This document shows positions 10,993 to 21,900 of a stretch of 64,000 bases of DNA, in pieces. The stretch lies in IMG/VR virus record IMGVR_UViG_3300032227_000993. One strand, 5' to 3'. The stretch is from a virus. Taxonomy: Duplodnaviria; Caudoviricetes. A program made the translations under genes and the position numbers. How positions within the stretch are numbered: position 1 is the first letter of the stretch; each line of letters starts with the position of its first letter. The notes under the pieces were generated by a model. That model did not search any database. It saw only the letters and a program-made list of their open reading frames with translations, and was not told the origin of the DNA.

Positions 10993-12197
10993 ACTTACCA
11001 CATGACAAATTTTGTGTCCTACCATGGGTTAGCCTTGAGACATCGCCCATAGGAACTGTACGTCCTTGCTGTCTGGCCGATCACGAGATTACCGATAATG
11101 CTGGTGAAAAGTTTAACCTTAGTACAGCAACCTTTTCGGCAATACAAAATAGTCACGATATGCGTCGACTACGTCGGCAGTTTATCGACGGAGAGCAACC
11201 TGAAACTTGCCGTAAATGTTGGAACGAAGAACAATCTGGTAGGACGTCTAAGCGTATGCATACTCTTGACCGACTTAAACACGTGATTCCACCCCAGGAC
11301 TGGACTATAGATGCTAAACCTTTGATGTTCCTTGATCTTAAACTGGGTAATATTTGTAACCTCAAGTGCCGTATCTGTGGATCGTGGAGCTCTAGTACCT
11401 ATGCCACTGAGGAGATGAAGCATACAGGTAATCAAAAAGGCAGCTTCCATCATCAAATGTTACGCCAAGGATCTTGGCCGCGCGAAAACAAAGTATTTTG
11501 GAATGAAATAGATGAGATATCATCGCAAATACGCTATTTAGAATTTACTGGCGGTGAGCCTTTTATGATACAAGAGCATTTTGATATGCTACAAGGATTG
11601 GTAGAACGTGGTATCGCACCCAATATTGAAATACACTACAATACCAATGGTACACAATGGCCTAAAGACGCTGACGAAATTTGGCGACATTTTAAAACTG
11701 TAGAAATTGCTTTTAGTATCGATGATGTAGGTGCCCGTTTTGAATATCAACGCAGTAATGCCAAGTGGCACGAGGTCTGCGAAAATATTGAAAAGTTTAG
11801 ACAACTTCGTATTCGATATCCCAACATACAGCTTCAAGTTTGTTCCACAGTAAATGTGTTTAATGTGTTTTATGTCGACGAATTAGCCAATTGGATTGAT
11901 AAACAAGAGTTTGATTTTGTCTATTGGAATATGATGCATGATGCTCCGTATTTTAGTATTGCTAACCTACCTAAGGCGGCCAAACAAACCATTACCAACA
12001 GATTGATCACCGCCGACGTGTCCAACAAACATAAACAAGAGTTTATAAACATCATGGACTTTATGAATAATGGCAATCAAGATTTAAGCAAACAAATGAT
12101 TGCTGAAATTCGCAAAGTAGATCTACGTCGCAATGAAAATCTTGCTCAAGTAGAACCAGAATTTGCCACCCTTATTGGCTATGAAGTTACCTCCTAA
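10989..12197 (+). CDS. radical SAM protein, N-terminal twitch type
   Basis: FCVLPW..PCCL..CRKCW; CNLKCRIC; TGGEP. Confidence 0.9.
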   Translation: MNLPHDKFCVLPWVSLETSPIGTVRPCCLADHEITDNAGEKFNLSTATFSAIQNSHDMRRLRRQFIDGEQPETCRKCWNEEQSGRTSKRMHTLDRLKHVIPPQDWTIDAKPLMFLDLKLGNICNLKCRICGSWSSSTYATEEMKHTGNQKGSFHHQMLRQGSWPRENKVFWNEIDEISSQIRYLEFTGGEPFMIQEHFDMLQGLVERGIAPNIEIHYNTNGTQWPKDADEIWRHFKTVEIAFSIDDVGARFEYQRSNAKWHEVCENIEKFRQLRIRYPNIQLQVCSTVNVFNVFYVDELANWIDKQEFDFVYWNMMHDAPYFSIANLPKAAKQTITNRLITADVSNKHKQEFINIMDFMNNGNQDLSKQMIAEIRKVDLRRNENLAQVEPEFATLIGYEVTS

Positions 12198-13470
12198 GAA
12201 TCTTTGCCTTGCTCCTTGGACGCACACTTATCTCAGTCCACAAACTGAGCGACGTATGTGCTGTGCCTCACGCGAGCCAGCGCAAAACTTTGAACAATAC
12301 ATAGATACAAAATCGGGAACAGGCCAGTACATTCCCTTGACTCTTGAACAACATTGGAACGGAGAGCATATGAAAAGTGTGCGCCGACGCATGATGGCCG
12401 GTGAAACACTACCTGAGTGTGCTGTATGTAACGAGCAACTGTTAAACACAGATGTTTATCGCAGTTATTTTAACCGTATGTTTGGCCACAAGCAAGACGA
12501 AATATGGCTGGCCACAGATAAAGACGGTTCTACCACTATGAAGCCAATAAGTTGGGACTATCGTTTCTCTAACCTATGTAACTTTAAATGTCGTATGTGT
12601 GGAGATATGCTGTCATCGGCGTGGGAATCAGAACAACGCCAGCATCGTATGATTGACTGGGATAATCCTAAAAATAACTGGATGAAATTAGAAGTACGTG
12701 CGGAGATAAGCAAGTTTCAAGACACTCAAATAGAAGAAGAATTTGCTCAGGCTGTCAAAGAACACCGTGTAGAAGAAGTTTACTGGGTAGGTGGCGAACC
12801 CTTAATGTATGAACAGCATTGGCGGTACATGAAACAAATAGTAGATCAAGGCGACGGAGATCGCGTGTATGCTAGATACAACACTAATCTTAGCAGAGTG
12901 GATTACAAAGGCATCAGTCTTTACGATGATATTTTGTGTCATCTTCGTGATTACCAGATATGTGCTAGCCTCGATGGAACAGGCGCCATTGGCGAATACA
13001 TCAGAACTGGACTTGACTATGCTGTGTGGCGAGATAATTTTGCCCGTGGAGTAGCAACAGCAAAAAATCGCAGACAATGGCGGATTGATTTTACCCTTAC
13101 TTTACCAGGGCTATTTGAAGTTGAAAACATCCAGGCCCTTGCTAGAGAATTTGATGTAGAAATACTTGCCAAAGTAATCTTTTCGTTCTCACCGGATATC
13201 ATCCTAAGTCCATTGGCACTACCACGCAAGCTACTCAACAGAACTGTTGACCGCCTGTTGCCCATGACCACAGGTGCTATGTATGATGTATTAGTTCAGC
13301 TAAAAAACCGGCCTACCTTTGAGGAGCAATGGCCCGACACCTTTGCCAAACAGCTTGCTTGGGGCAAGCATCGTGTGTTACAATTAGAGTCGATACGTGG
13401 CGGCATGACCCTTGCGGATATTTTACAACAGGATCCAGAAATTTATGAGTGGTACAACCAAATATCTTGA
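12181..13470 (+). CDS. radical SAM protein, N-terminal twitch type
   Basis: LCLAPW..MCCA..CAVC; CNFKCRMC; VGGEP; likely start MKLPP. Confidence 0.9.
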   Translation: MKLPPKNLCLAPWTHTYLSPQTERRMCCASREPAQNFEQYIDTKSGTGQYIPLTLEQHWNGEHMKSVRRRMMAGETLPECAVCNEQLLNTDVYRSYFNRMFGHKQDEIWLATDKDGSTTMKPISWDYRFSNLCNFKCRMCGDMLSSAWESEQRQHRMIDWDNPKNNWMKLEVRAEISKFQDTQIEEEFAQAVKEHRVEEVYWVGGEPLMYEQHWRYMKQIVDQGDGDRVYARYNTNLSRVDYKGISLYDDILCHLRDYQICASLDGTGAIGEYIRTGLDYAVWRDNFARGVATAKNRRQWRIDFTLTLPGLFEVENIQALAREFDVEILAKVIFSFSPDIILSPLALPRKLLNRTVDRLLPMTTGAMYDVLVQLKNRPTFEEQWPDTFAKQLAWGKHRVLQLESIRGGMTLADILQQDPEIYEWYNQIS

Positions 13471-14500
13471 CCGAATAGAGATACTATTGTGGGACAAGGA
13501 TGAAAATCCTACTCATGTTTATGTTGACGTGTTTGATAATTCGCTTAGTCGTAAGTGGTTATCGGCATTAAATCAGTTATTAGTAAACAATTATCATTTA
13601 GAGAAGAATTATTGCTTCTTGGGCTTCCCTGGCGCTGACCGCAATGGCAAACTTATTATCGATCAGATAAACAAATCTATTGAATTTATTAATAACTCAG
13701 ACATTGGCTACACTATCGACGATCATTTTGCGTTGTCGGAAGTATTAGACAGCGAATCGCGTATTAATCATGACAGATTTAATCACTTACATAGATACTT
13801 TGAAGATTTACAAGGAGTAAGCGGCAATATTAGTCCTTACTACTGGAAAGCAGACAATGCTACACGATGGCATATTAGACAACTCAATCTTTTGTGCCAT
13901 GAGTTTGAATCTTGGGCACTAAGTTGGCGTAAAAAACACACAGCACCCGAGTGGGTTCGTCCTAGCCAGTTGATGTGTTGGCTTAATGCTCCACGTTTTG
14001 TATTAGATGACGAAGATTATGAATTATTTGGCATTGAAACTATTAATCGTTCCATGGGTGGAGTATTTGTAGGAGTAAACAAAGCGGTAGGCAAACATCA
14101 TTGGGAAGTATTCCACGATGAAGGTAGAGATAGTCGTGTTAGTGAATTAACCACTACAACATTAAAACCACAAACAGAAGCTGCTGGCGATTTTGACATT
14201 GAGTGGGGTGTTGATCCTAGTAATCGTGAGTGGCAGATAAATGTATTAAAAGATTTTAGAGAATGGTTGATTGTCAACGGCTTTGACCCCGACGATAAAA
14301 GTTTAACCATCGGTCATCCGCAAGTAGGGCAGGTAGATTTGGCAGCAAGTTTTGGAACTGACGACTACAACACTATTTGGGACAAACTTAATAATCAGTT
14401 GAATGTAAAAAGCATTAAAACTAGCAAAGCAAGTGCTAGTTACACGTACAATTGGTCTGATGTAGACTACATGGAGCAACAAATAAAATGTCTTGGTTAA
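13445..14500 (+). CDS. hypothetical protein
   Basis: Long coupled ORF, His-rich (HLHRYFE, LCHEFE, GKHHWE); no family recognised. Confidence 0.7.
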   Translation: MSGTTKYLDRIEILLWDKDENPTHVYVDVFDNSLSRKWLSALNQLLVNNYHLEKNYCFLGFPGADRNGKLIIDQINKSIEFINNSDIGYTIDDHFALSEVLDSESRINHDRFNHLHRYFEDLQGVSGNISPYYWKADNATRWHIRQLNLLCHEFESWALSWRKKHTAPEWVRPSQLMCWLNAPRFVLDDEDYELFGIETINRSMGGVFVGVNKAVGKHHWEVFHDEGRDSRVSELTTTTLKPQTEAAGDFDIEWGVDPSNREWQINVLKDFREWLIVNGFDPDDKSLTIGHPQVGQVDLAASFGTDDYNTIWDKLNNQLNVKSIKTSKASASYTYNWSDVDYMEQQIKCLG

Positions 14501-14589
14501 AAAATATTTACAAACGCATTGTACTTGAGATTAAGTATCGTCGCAAGTTAAAAGAACTGCGCAAGAAGGATCCTTTTATTTACAAATGA
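14488..14589 (+). CDS. small basic protein (33 aa, MSWLKNIY...KDPFIYK)
   Basis: Not in ORF track; fills the gap and its TGA overlaps the carbamoyltransferase ATG. Confidence 0.6.
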   Translation: MSWLKNIYKRIVLEIKYRRKLKELRKKDPFIYK

Positions 14590-16073
14590 AACATTATCTA
14601 GGTATTTCAGCTGGCTATCATGATGCCGCCGCTACTGTGATCAATAGTAACGGCGATATTCTCTTTGCTGGTCATAGTGAACGCTACAGTAAATTAAAAA
14701 ACGATAAAAATTTATGCGATAACTTACTATCTGAATTATGTGAGTGGCAATATGATACCGTGGCATTTTACGAACGTCCGTGGATGCATAATTTACAACA
14801 GTTGTATTCAGGACAACACAATGTAGGGCCATGGACCCGGCGTGGCACATTAAACAAACACCTAGGTACTTGGTATCAGACTCCAGCCAAGCACGAAGTC
14901 TGTTATCCTCATCACCTGTGTCACGCTGCCGCCGGATTTCAGACAAGTGTATTTGATCGAGCCACTGTAGTGGTAATAGATGCCATTGGCGAGTTTGATA
15001 CAATTTCAATTTATGGAGCAAAGTATGATAAAAAAGGTAAGGCAGTTTATAAAAAACTTTGGGGACAAAAATATCCACACTCAATCGGACTCCTTTATAG
15101 TGCAATTACTCAGCGCATTGGCTTACACCCGTTAGACGAAGAATATATTACCATGGGTATGAGCGCCTACGGCGATAAAACAGCGGCCAGTGTTATTATG
15201 GGTAATCATTTGATAGAAAATGCTAAAGAAATAAAATTTAAGCAAAATTTACACGCTGGTGTAGATAAAGATTTTATGTTTTTCACTACAAACGCAGATT
15301 TGGCCGCAGGAGTGCAAGCTGTTGCAGAAGAATTGATAAGTAATGTTATGATTAAAGCTCGTGAATTTGGCTGGAGCGATAATCTGGTGTATCAAGGCGG
15401 TGTTGCCTTAAACTGTTTAGCCAATAGAAATCTCGGTCGTTACTTTGAAAATATTTGGATCATGCCTTGCCCTGGCGATGCTGGCTCTAGTCTTGGAGCG
15501 GCTGCTCTTGCCTACGGCAAGCGCATCAACTTCACCAACGCTTATCTTGGTCACAACATTAGCGGAAAATATCCTGTTAACGCCTGTCTCGATCATTTAC
15601 TTACAGATAGAATCGTTGGAGTTGCTTCCGGTCGTGCTGAATTTGGGCCCCGAGCACTTGGGAACAGAAGTCTACTCGCAGACCCAAGAGGACCTGATAT
15701 AAAGGACCGTGTTAATGAAATCAAACGCAGACAAAAGTTTAGACCATTCGCGCCAGTCGTATTGGCAGAGCTCGCTGATGAATTTTTTGATATGCCTGCT
15801 GGCTTTCGTAATAGTCCTTACATGCAGTCAGTCGCTAAGTGTAAGCATCCTGAATTGTATCCTGCTATTGTTCATCACGACGGTACTAGTAGAGTACAGA
15901 CTGTACCAGATAACGGTTCGGGCATTAGGCAGTTGCTTGAAAAATGGTATGTCCTGACAGGATGTCCTATGCTGTTAAACACTAGTCTTAATATCCGCGG
16001 CGAACCCATGGTCAATGATCGAGCAGATGCTGATCGTTTTGAAAAATTATACAATGTGAAAGTGTGTTCGTGA
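14586..16073 (+). CDS. carbamoyltransferase (NodU/CmcH family)
   Basis: YHDAAA, HHLCHAA, VIDAIGE, GGVALNC, EFGPRALGNRS, RQKFRPFAP, LNTSLN. Confidence 0.92.
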   Translation: MKHYLGISAGYHDAAATVINSNGDILFAGHSERYSKLKNDKNLCDNLLSELCEWQYDTVAFYERPWMHNLQQLYSGQHNVGPWTRRGTLNKHLGTWYQTPAKHEVCYPHHLCHAAAGFQTSVFDRATVVVIDAIGEFDTISIYGAKYDKKGKAVYKKLWGQKYPHSIGLLYSAITQRIGLHPLDEEYITMGMSAYGDKTAASVIMGNHLIENAKEIKFKQNLHAGVDKDFMFFTTNADLAAGVQAVAEELISNVMIKAREFGWSDNLVYQGGVALNCLANRNLGRYFENIWIMPCPGDAGSSLGAAALAYGKRINFTNAYLGHNISGKYPVNACLDHLLTDRIVGVASGRAEFGPRALGNRSLLADPRGPDIKDRVNEIKRRQKFRPFAPVVLAELADEFFDMPAGFRNSPYMQSVAKCKHPELYPAIVHHDGTSRVQTVPDNGSGIRQLLEKWYVLTGCPMLLNTSLNIRGEPMVNDRADADRFEKLYNVKVCS

Positions 16074-17341
16074 ACGAATTTCCTATTAAAACAAAAACAG
16101 GATGCATTCTTAAGTGGTCCTGGAGCACAATATTTTTAAAACAAGGCGAAACAAATAGTTGTCATCGTTGTGCGTTATTGCCTATTGATCCTGATAACTT
16201 TGCTAACTTTCACAATCTTCCTGGGAAAGTAGAAGCCCGTGAAACAATGTTACGTGGAGAATGGCCTCAGGCAGGTTGCCAGAGTTGCCAGCGCATTGAA
16301 GAGGCCGGCGGAAAAAGTTATCGTATGAATCAATTTGATACTGGTAGAAACAATGGAGTAATTCCTATTGAATTGTTTGATGATCCTACTGCCACCGAAG
16401 TAGTTCCTACTATTTTAGAAATTTATTTTAATAATGTATGCAATATGGCTTGTGTGTACTGCGATGAAAGATTAAGCAGCAAGTGGGAAGAAGAAAATCG
16501 CAAATTTGGATCATACAGCATTGGCAACACACCGTTGATCAATAAATATGTAAATACTCCGCATTATGATCAAATGTTATCAGAATTCTGGAGATACTTG
16601 GAAAATTATGGACATCGTTTACGAGTATTTCAGATACTTGGAGGCGAGCCGTTCTTCCAAAAAGAGTTTGATGATGCCTTAGATTTTTGGGAAGCTCACC
16701 CTAATCCGCAGTTATCTATTGTTATTGTTACTAACTTAAAAGTTCCACCCAAAAAGTTCAAAGCCTATCTTGAAAGATTTAAACGTATGATTGCCGCCGG
16801 CGCCTGCAGAGAGTTTCACATCGCAGCCAGCCTTGATGCCTGGGGACCAGCAGAAGAATATGTTCGCCAAGGTTTAGATTTAGAGGAGTGGAGAGAAAAT
16901 TTTGAATATGCGATTACGCAACCACTGATAAAACTTGGAATAAACGCTACAATTTCATCACTCACTATCAAAGGATTTGCTGAATTATTATGTAATATTA
17001 GCAAGTGGAACAAAATTAGACAGGAATACACGTCCAATATTCAGATGAAAAATATTAAATTAAGTTTCCAAAATTTAACACACCCAACAGTCATGCGTGG
17101 GTCATGGTTTGGCCCCGGAGTGTTTGATGATGATTTTGCTGCGGCGTTGGCGGCCATGCCTGAAGGTGATCCTGAATACGATCATGCCAAAGAATACTTG
17201 TTGGGTATTAGTAAAGAGTGGTCCAACGGTGCTAAAAATGTTGAACGTATCAATGAATTAAAGGTGTATTTAACAGAATTAGATAGACGTAGAAATACCA
17301 ACTGGAAAGAAACATTCCCGTGGTTAAACAAAGAATGGTAA
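16064..17341 (+). CDS. radical SAM protein, N-terminal twitch type (tandem copy 1)
   Basis: CILKW..SCHR..CQSC; CNMACVYC; LGGEP. Confidence 0.9.
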   Translation: MFVNEFPIKTKTGCILKWSWSTIFLKQGETNSCHRCALLPIDPDNFANFHNLPGKVEARETMLRGEWPQAGCQSCQRIEEAGGKSYRMNQFDTGRNNGVIPIELFDDPTATEVVPTILEIYFNNVCNMACVYCDERLSSKWEEENRKFGSYSIGNTPLINKYVNTPHYDQMLSEFWRYLENYGHRLRVFQILGGEPFFQKEFDDALDFWEAHPNPQLSIVIVTNLKVPPKKFKAYLERFKRMIAAGACREFHIAASLDAWGPAEEYVRQGLDLEEWRENFEYAITQPLIKLGINATISSLTIKGFAELLCNISKWNKIRQEYTSNIQMKNIKLSFQNLTHPTVMRGSWFGPGVFDDDFAAALAAMPEGDPEYDHAKEYLLGISKEWSNGAKNVERINELKVYLTELDRRRNTNWKETFPWLNKEW

Positions 17342-17342
17342 G

Positions 17343-18608
17343 ATGAAAAAAATATTTCCTATTAAAACAGAAACAGCGTGTCTATTAAAATGGGCGTGGA
17401 GCACTATCTATTTAGGCCAAGGCAAAACCAGTTCGTGCCATCGGGTAGATCAATTTCCTATTGACCCTAATAATTTTGCTAATTTCCACAATCAGCCTGA
17501 AAAAATTGCCGCTCGCAAAACAATGCTTAAAGGAGAGTGGCCGCAGGCAGGTTGTCAGTACTGTCAAAAAATTGAAGAAGCAGGCGGCATGAGTGATAGA
17601 CAATACCAGCTTCACGAATCAAAAAATATGGATCATATTCCTCAAGAATTGTTTGATGATCCTACCGCCACCGAAGTAGTTCCTACGATTTTAGAAATTT
17701 ATTTCAACAATGTATGTAATATGGCTTGTGTTTACTGTGGAAGTCATTTTAGCAGCAAGTGGGAAGAAGAAAATAACAAATTTGGAGTTTTTCAAAAAGG
17801 AGCAGTTGAATTTGGCTGGAACAAACCACAGAATCCTGACTATGAAAAAATGCTTGCTGACTTCTGGAAGTATCTAGAAGAAAAAGATCGTTACAAAGCA
17901 ATACGCTACTATCAAATACTTGGTGGCGAGCCTTTCTTCCAAAAAGAGTTTGACACCAGCATTGAGTTCTGGGAAACCCATCCTAACCCTGATGTAGCAT
18001 TTAACATTATTACAAATTTAAAAGTACCACCCAAGAAGTTTAAAGCATACATAGACCGCTTTGGCAAGATGGTAGAAGAAGGCAAACTGTCACGCTTACA
18101 AATCACAGGAAGTTTAGACGCTTGGGGCCCACAAGAAGAATATGTACGCTGGGGACTAGACTTGAAAGAGTGGGAAGAAAATTTTACTTACTTGTTAGAT
18201 AAACCTTGGATTGTTATGGTAGTTAACATGGCTATTACTGGATTAACTATCAAGACTTTACCTGAGCTTATTGAAAAAATCAAAGAATGGAATTTGCGCA
18301 GGCCCGATGGCAATAAAATTTATCTATCGTTTATGACTGCAACTAATCCACTTGAACTAGTACCGGACATTTTTGGAAAGGGCGTGTTTGATGAAGATTT
18401 TAAACGCTTGATGGATGTGTGGCCTACAGATACGCCTGATGATTTAAGTGCTAAAGAACACATGGCAGGCATTATTAAACAAATTGAAAATGCTCCGCAG
18501 AAACCACTACAAATTGAAAATTTAAAAACTTATCTAACAGAATTAGACCGTCGCCGTGGCACACATTGGCCTACGTTATTTCCTTGGCTAGATAAAAACT
18601 GGATCTAG
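17343..18608 (+). CDS. radical SAM protein, N-terminal twitch type (tandem copy 2)
   Basis: CLLKW..SCHR..CQYC; CNMACVYC; near-identical blocks with 16064-17341. Confidence 0.9.
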   Translation: MKKIFPIKTETACLLKWAWSTIYLGQGKTSSCHRVDQFPIDPNNFANFHNQPEKIAARKTMLKGEWPQAGCQYCQKIEEAGGMSDRQYQLHESKNMDHIPQELFDDPTATEVVPTILEIYFNNVCNMACVYCGSHFSSKWEEENNKFGVFQKGAVEFGWNKPQNPDYEKMLADFWKYLEEKDRYKAIRYYQILGGEPFFQKEFDTSIEFWETHPNPDVAFNIITNLKVPPKKFKAYIDRFGKMVEEGKLSRLQITGSLDAWGPQEEYVRWGLDLKEWEENFTYLLDKPWIVMVVNMAITGLTIKTLPELIEKIKEWNLRRPDGNKIYLSFMTATNPLELVPDIFGKGVFDEDFKRLMDVWPTDTPDDLSAKEHMAGIIKQIENAPQKPLQIENLKTYLTELDRRRGTHWPTLFPWLDKNWI

Positions 18609-19712
18609 TGCGGGATCCATAGATTCTAACATTTCTGTCAGTTCAGTCCACAATATTTTTTCAAATCCACCACCGTAAAAGTGATTGTAGTTGTGTTCAA
18701 TAACTGTTCTAGCAGCATCAAACAATTCTTGTTTACCGTGCGCTGGCAATTCATCTAAGCTACGCAATAGACTAGCAATGCGTTCTACTCTAAGCACATC
18801 GTCGGTTTCATCGTCATAACTTTCGTCCCATAAGTGACTAAAAGTTTTAAATCCATAAGATCGTAAATGTTTTAAACTGCCAGCAGTTCCTATGATAATA
18901 AAAGGCATACGCAAACAAATAGGCTTGAAGGATTTTTCTGTTAAATGTAATTTGCGTCCGTGTGCCACAGTTTCGGCCACAAGATACAGTAAGCTATCAG
19001 CAGACTCGTCAAATAAACTTAGCCAACAACTGTGCATGGGAGCATCAGTTTCGCCAGGAAAATTAATAGGAAATTGTTGTTGAGCAAATACTTCACCAAT
19101 GTCAGGATAAATGTCATCAAACTGTTTAATAATATCGTGAACGCTGTGATTTTCACCTGGGCATACATCAGGGCAACTGATCCAGTTATTGGTTATTTTA
19201 TTTTTAAAAATATGATACAGCATTAATAATCGATGCCTGCGTGTTCCGCCAAGAATACGATTAGGCATAATAAATGTTTTTGTAATGGTACGCTGTTGCG
19301 GAGGAGTCATTAAAAATGTCTTATCGTATCCGCGATACCAATCTAATGCGGCCCATCCCCAGAAAAAATAATAATAACTTTTCCAACCATAGCGTCTACA
19401 TACTTCATCTACACTATCGCTGTCTTTTTCGCTGGTAACAATAGATCCTTGAACAGTAGGATCTCTGTAGGTAATATCTGAAATGTAAACTTTAGCTTCA
19501 TCAAATGTATCAGCGTGTATTGCCAAATCGATTGGTTGAACATCAAAAAATAGTGTATAATTATTTTCAAGGATGTCAGATCTGCCATAATTAATTAAAC
19601 TACCTGGATCACTTGCCCCAAAAGGAGCACACATTAACATTCTCGTTCCAATTCTGTTTTTTCGCAGCCAGGCCCAAAATGTGTTGTTGTAAATTTCGTC
19701 AATTCTAATCAT
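18588..19712 (-). CDS. hypothetical glycosyltransferase-like protein
   Basis: LYLVAETV..TEKSFKPI..GFKTFSHLWDESYD, paralogue of 7256-8428. Confidence 0.5.
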   Translation of the reverse strand: MIRIDEIYNNTFWAWLRKNRIGTRMLMCAPFGASDPGSLINYGRSDILENNYTLFFDVQPIDLAIHADTFDEAKVYISDITYRDPTVQGSIVTSEKDSDSVDEVCRRYGWKSYYYFFWGWAALDWYRGYDKTFLMTPPQQRTITKTFIMPNRILGGTRRHRLLMLYHIFKNKITNNWISCPDVCPGENHSVHDIIKQFDDIYPDIGEVFAQQQFPINFPGETDAPMHSCWLSLFDESADSLLYLVAETVAHGRKLHLTEKSFKPICLRMPFIIIGTAGSLKHLRSYGFKTFSHLWDESYDDETDDVLRVERIASLLRSLDELPAHGKQELFDAARTVIEHNYNHFYGGGFEKILWTELTEMLESMDPALDPVFI

Positions 19713-21900
19713 GTTCGATGTATTTTATTCTGGAATGAAACCTAACTTGTTTGCTCATGAGCAGGCAGTAGATTCTATTGAGCAAGCACAGGCGTTGAGT
19801 AAAACAAGATATTTCTGGTGGGTAAATTACTTATCTGACTACACGGACTTTGATTTTTCTTTTGAACCAGTGCCTTGGGAAGCACAATACACACATACTT
19901 GGCCTAGTCAGCATCACGAATATTCAGGAACATATCTTGTTCCTAAACAAGGTAACATAGAATACAAGTTTCATACAGAACTTATTCTCAATAAAGAATT
20001 ACATAAGAATTACAAGGTCTTGGTTGATGCTGTAGACTTTGATTACACATGGCATCCACATCCATTTGATCCACCATTCATTTATGTATTTGGTAATCAG
20101 TGGTATCCTTCTAACACAATGCCTACTGTAGAATATCATGTGCCTGGTGCTGTTGATCGCAAGTTTATGACCCAGCCCGTGGCTCAACTTAGAGAACAAA
20201 CTACCAATCACTGGCATACACTACTAGACTGTGAAATGGATTACAGTTGGTGTCCAGATCCAGGCGACCCTCCCTACATTTATGTTTTTGGCAATCAGTG
20301 GCATCGTGCTGAAGTAATGCCTACTGTAGAATATCATGTCAACGGTGCTACCGAACGCAAGTATGTTCTTTATCCCAGAGCTAAATTAGTAGCTGACAAA
20401 ACACTATGGAAAGTCCCTGCTGGCATAGATCAATCTGAAATTGATTTTTCCTGGGTACCTGATCCCGGCAGTCCTCCTTACATTTATCAGTTTGCCACAC
20501 AACATCAGCGCACCGGCGGCCCGCAATATTGTATGCCAGGTGCCACAGATACAAAGTACATAGATCAAATAAAAGTACGAACCGATCGTGTAGCCACAGC
20601 CCTGTATGAAATAGATCACATGGACGGTAATAGTGGACAAATTCCTAACACTACCAAGCGAGTTCGTTATTTTGACAATTACTTAGACACATTAAAGCGC
20701 ATAGCAAATAGCATTTCTGATGATCACGAATTTATTTGGATTTGTAGCAGCGTATGCGACTACACAGCCTTTGACTTTACATGGCATCCCGAACAATGGC
20801 AAGCAACTATGCTACACGTATTTCCAAGCAACGAAGAAAAATTTGGTGATACATTTTTTATGCACGTACCCACATTTAAATACCGTACAGAAAAATGTCA
20901 ACTGCTTGAATGGTACGACTTAAACTTTACTGACATAACTGTACCACGTAGACCTTTGCCGGTGGTTACACACGATTACGACTCACACGTAGACGCTATC
21001 AAGACTTTAAATTTTGATGGACCGCTGGCTGTATTTTCTACTGGTGTAGAATGTAACACTATGCCTACTGTTCCGCTATGGCGCGAGAAAACTAAAACTG
21101 TAGTGCCCCTAAGCTCTGGAGCTAGTAATGTTATCGTACCCAAGTCAGCCATTCATTACATTAAAACACAGGCATATGACTATCCGTACATAGATAAAAC
21201 GCATAAACAAGGCATTGACCAACCACTAGACATTGTGTTTATCGATAACGGCGAGATTACAGCTGATTACAACTACGATAAACTAAAACTAACCGCCCCC
21301 AACCAATTACACCGCAGTTCGGGCGTTAACGGACGTATAGCCGCTTATTGTGCAGCCGCCAAGTTAAGTACTACTCCATGGTTCTTTGCTGTATTTGCGA
21401 AGTTAGAAGTTAATCCTGACTTTAATTGGTCATGGCAACCTGATAGACTACAAGAACCTAAACATTACATCTTCCATGCGCATAATTTAGTCAACGGATT
21501 AGAATACGGACATCAGGCCATGATTGCCTACAATAAAAAGTTAGTGTTAGAGAACACCGCACCAGGATTAGATTTCACACTAGATCAAGCACACGAAGTA
21601 GTTCCGTTATTATCAGGAACAGCTAATTATCATACAGATGCTTGGACTTGTTGGCGTACAGCCTTCCGTGAGTGTATTAAACTTAAAGCAAGTTTACCCA
21701 ATGTGGAAAACGAATGGCGTCTGTCGCAGTGGTTGACGGTTGATCGCACCACAGACAAGTGGAGTCAAAAAGGCGCAGAGGATGCAATTGAGTACTATGA
21801 ATCTGTCGCAGGTGAGTTTAGTGAGCTTAAGAAAAGTTACGATTGGCAGTGGTTATCAACTTACGCTTTTATGAAGCGGAATCTGTTACCGAATCAATAA
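19711..21900 (-). CDS. repeat-containing protein with C-terminal GT-like domain
   Basis: Internal repeats DY(T/S)WxPxPxxPPYIYxF; C-term NGLEYGHQ..AWTCWRTAFRECIKL like 4973-5896. Confidence 0.6.

Noticed and set aside
14641-15957. Alternative ORFs inside the carbamoyltransferase gene
   Set aside because: Fully overlap a well-supported CDS; composition is not protein-like.
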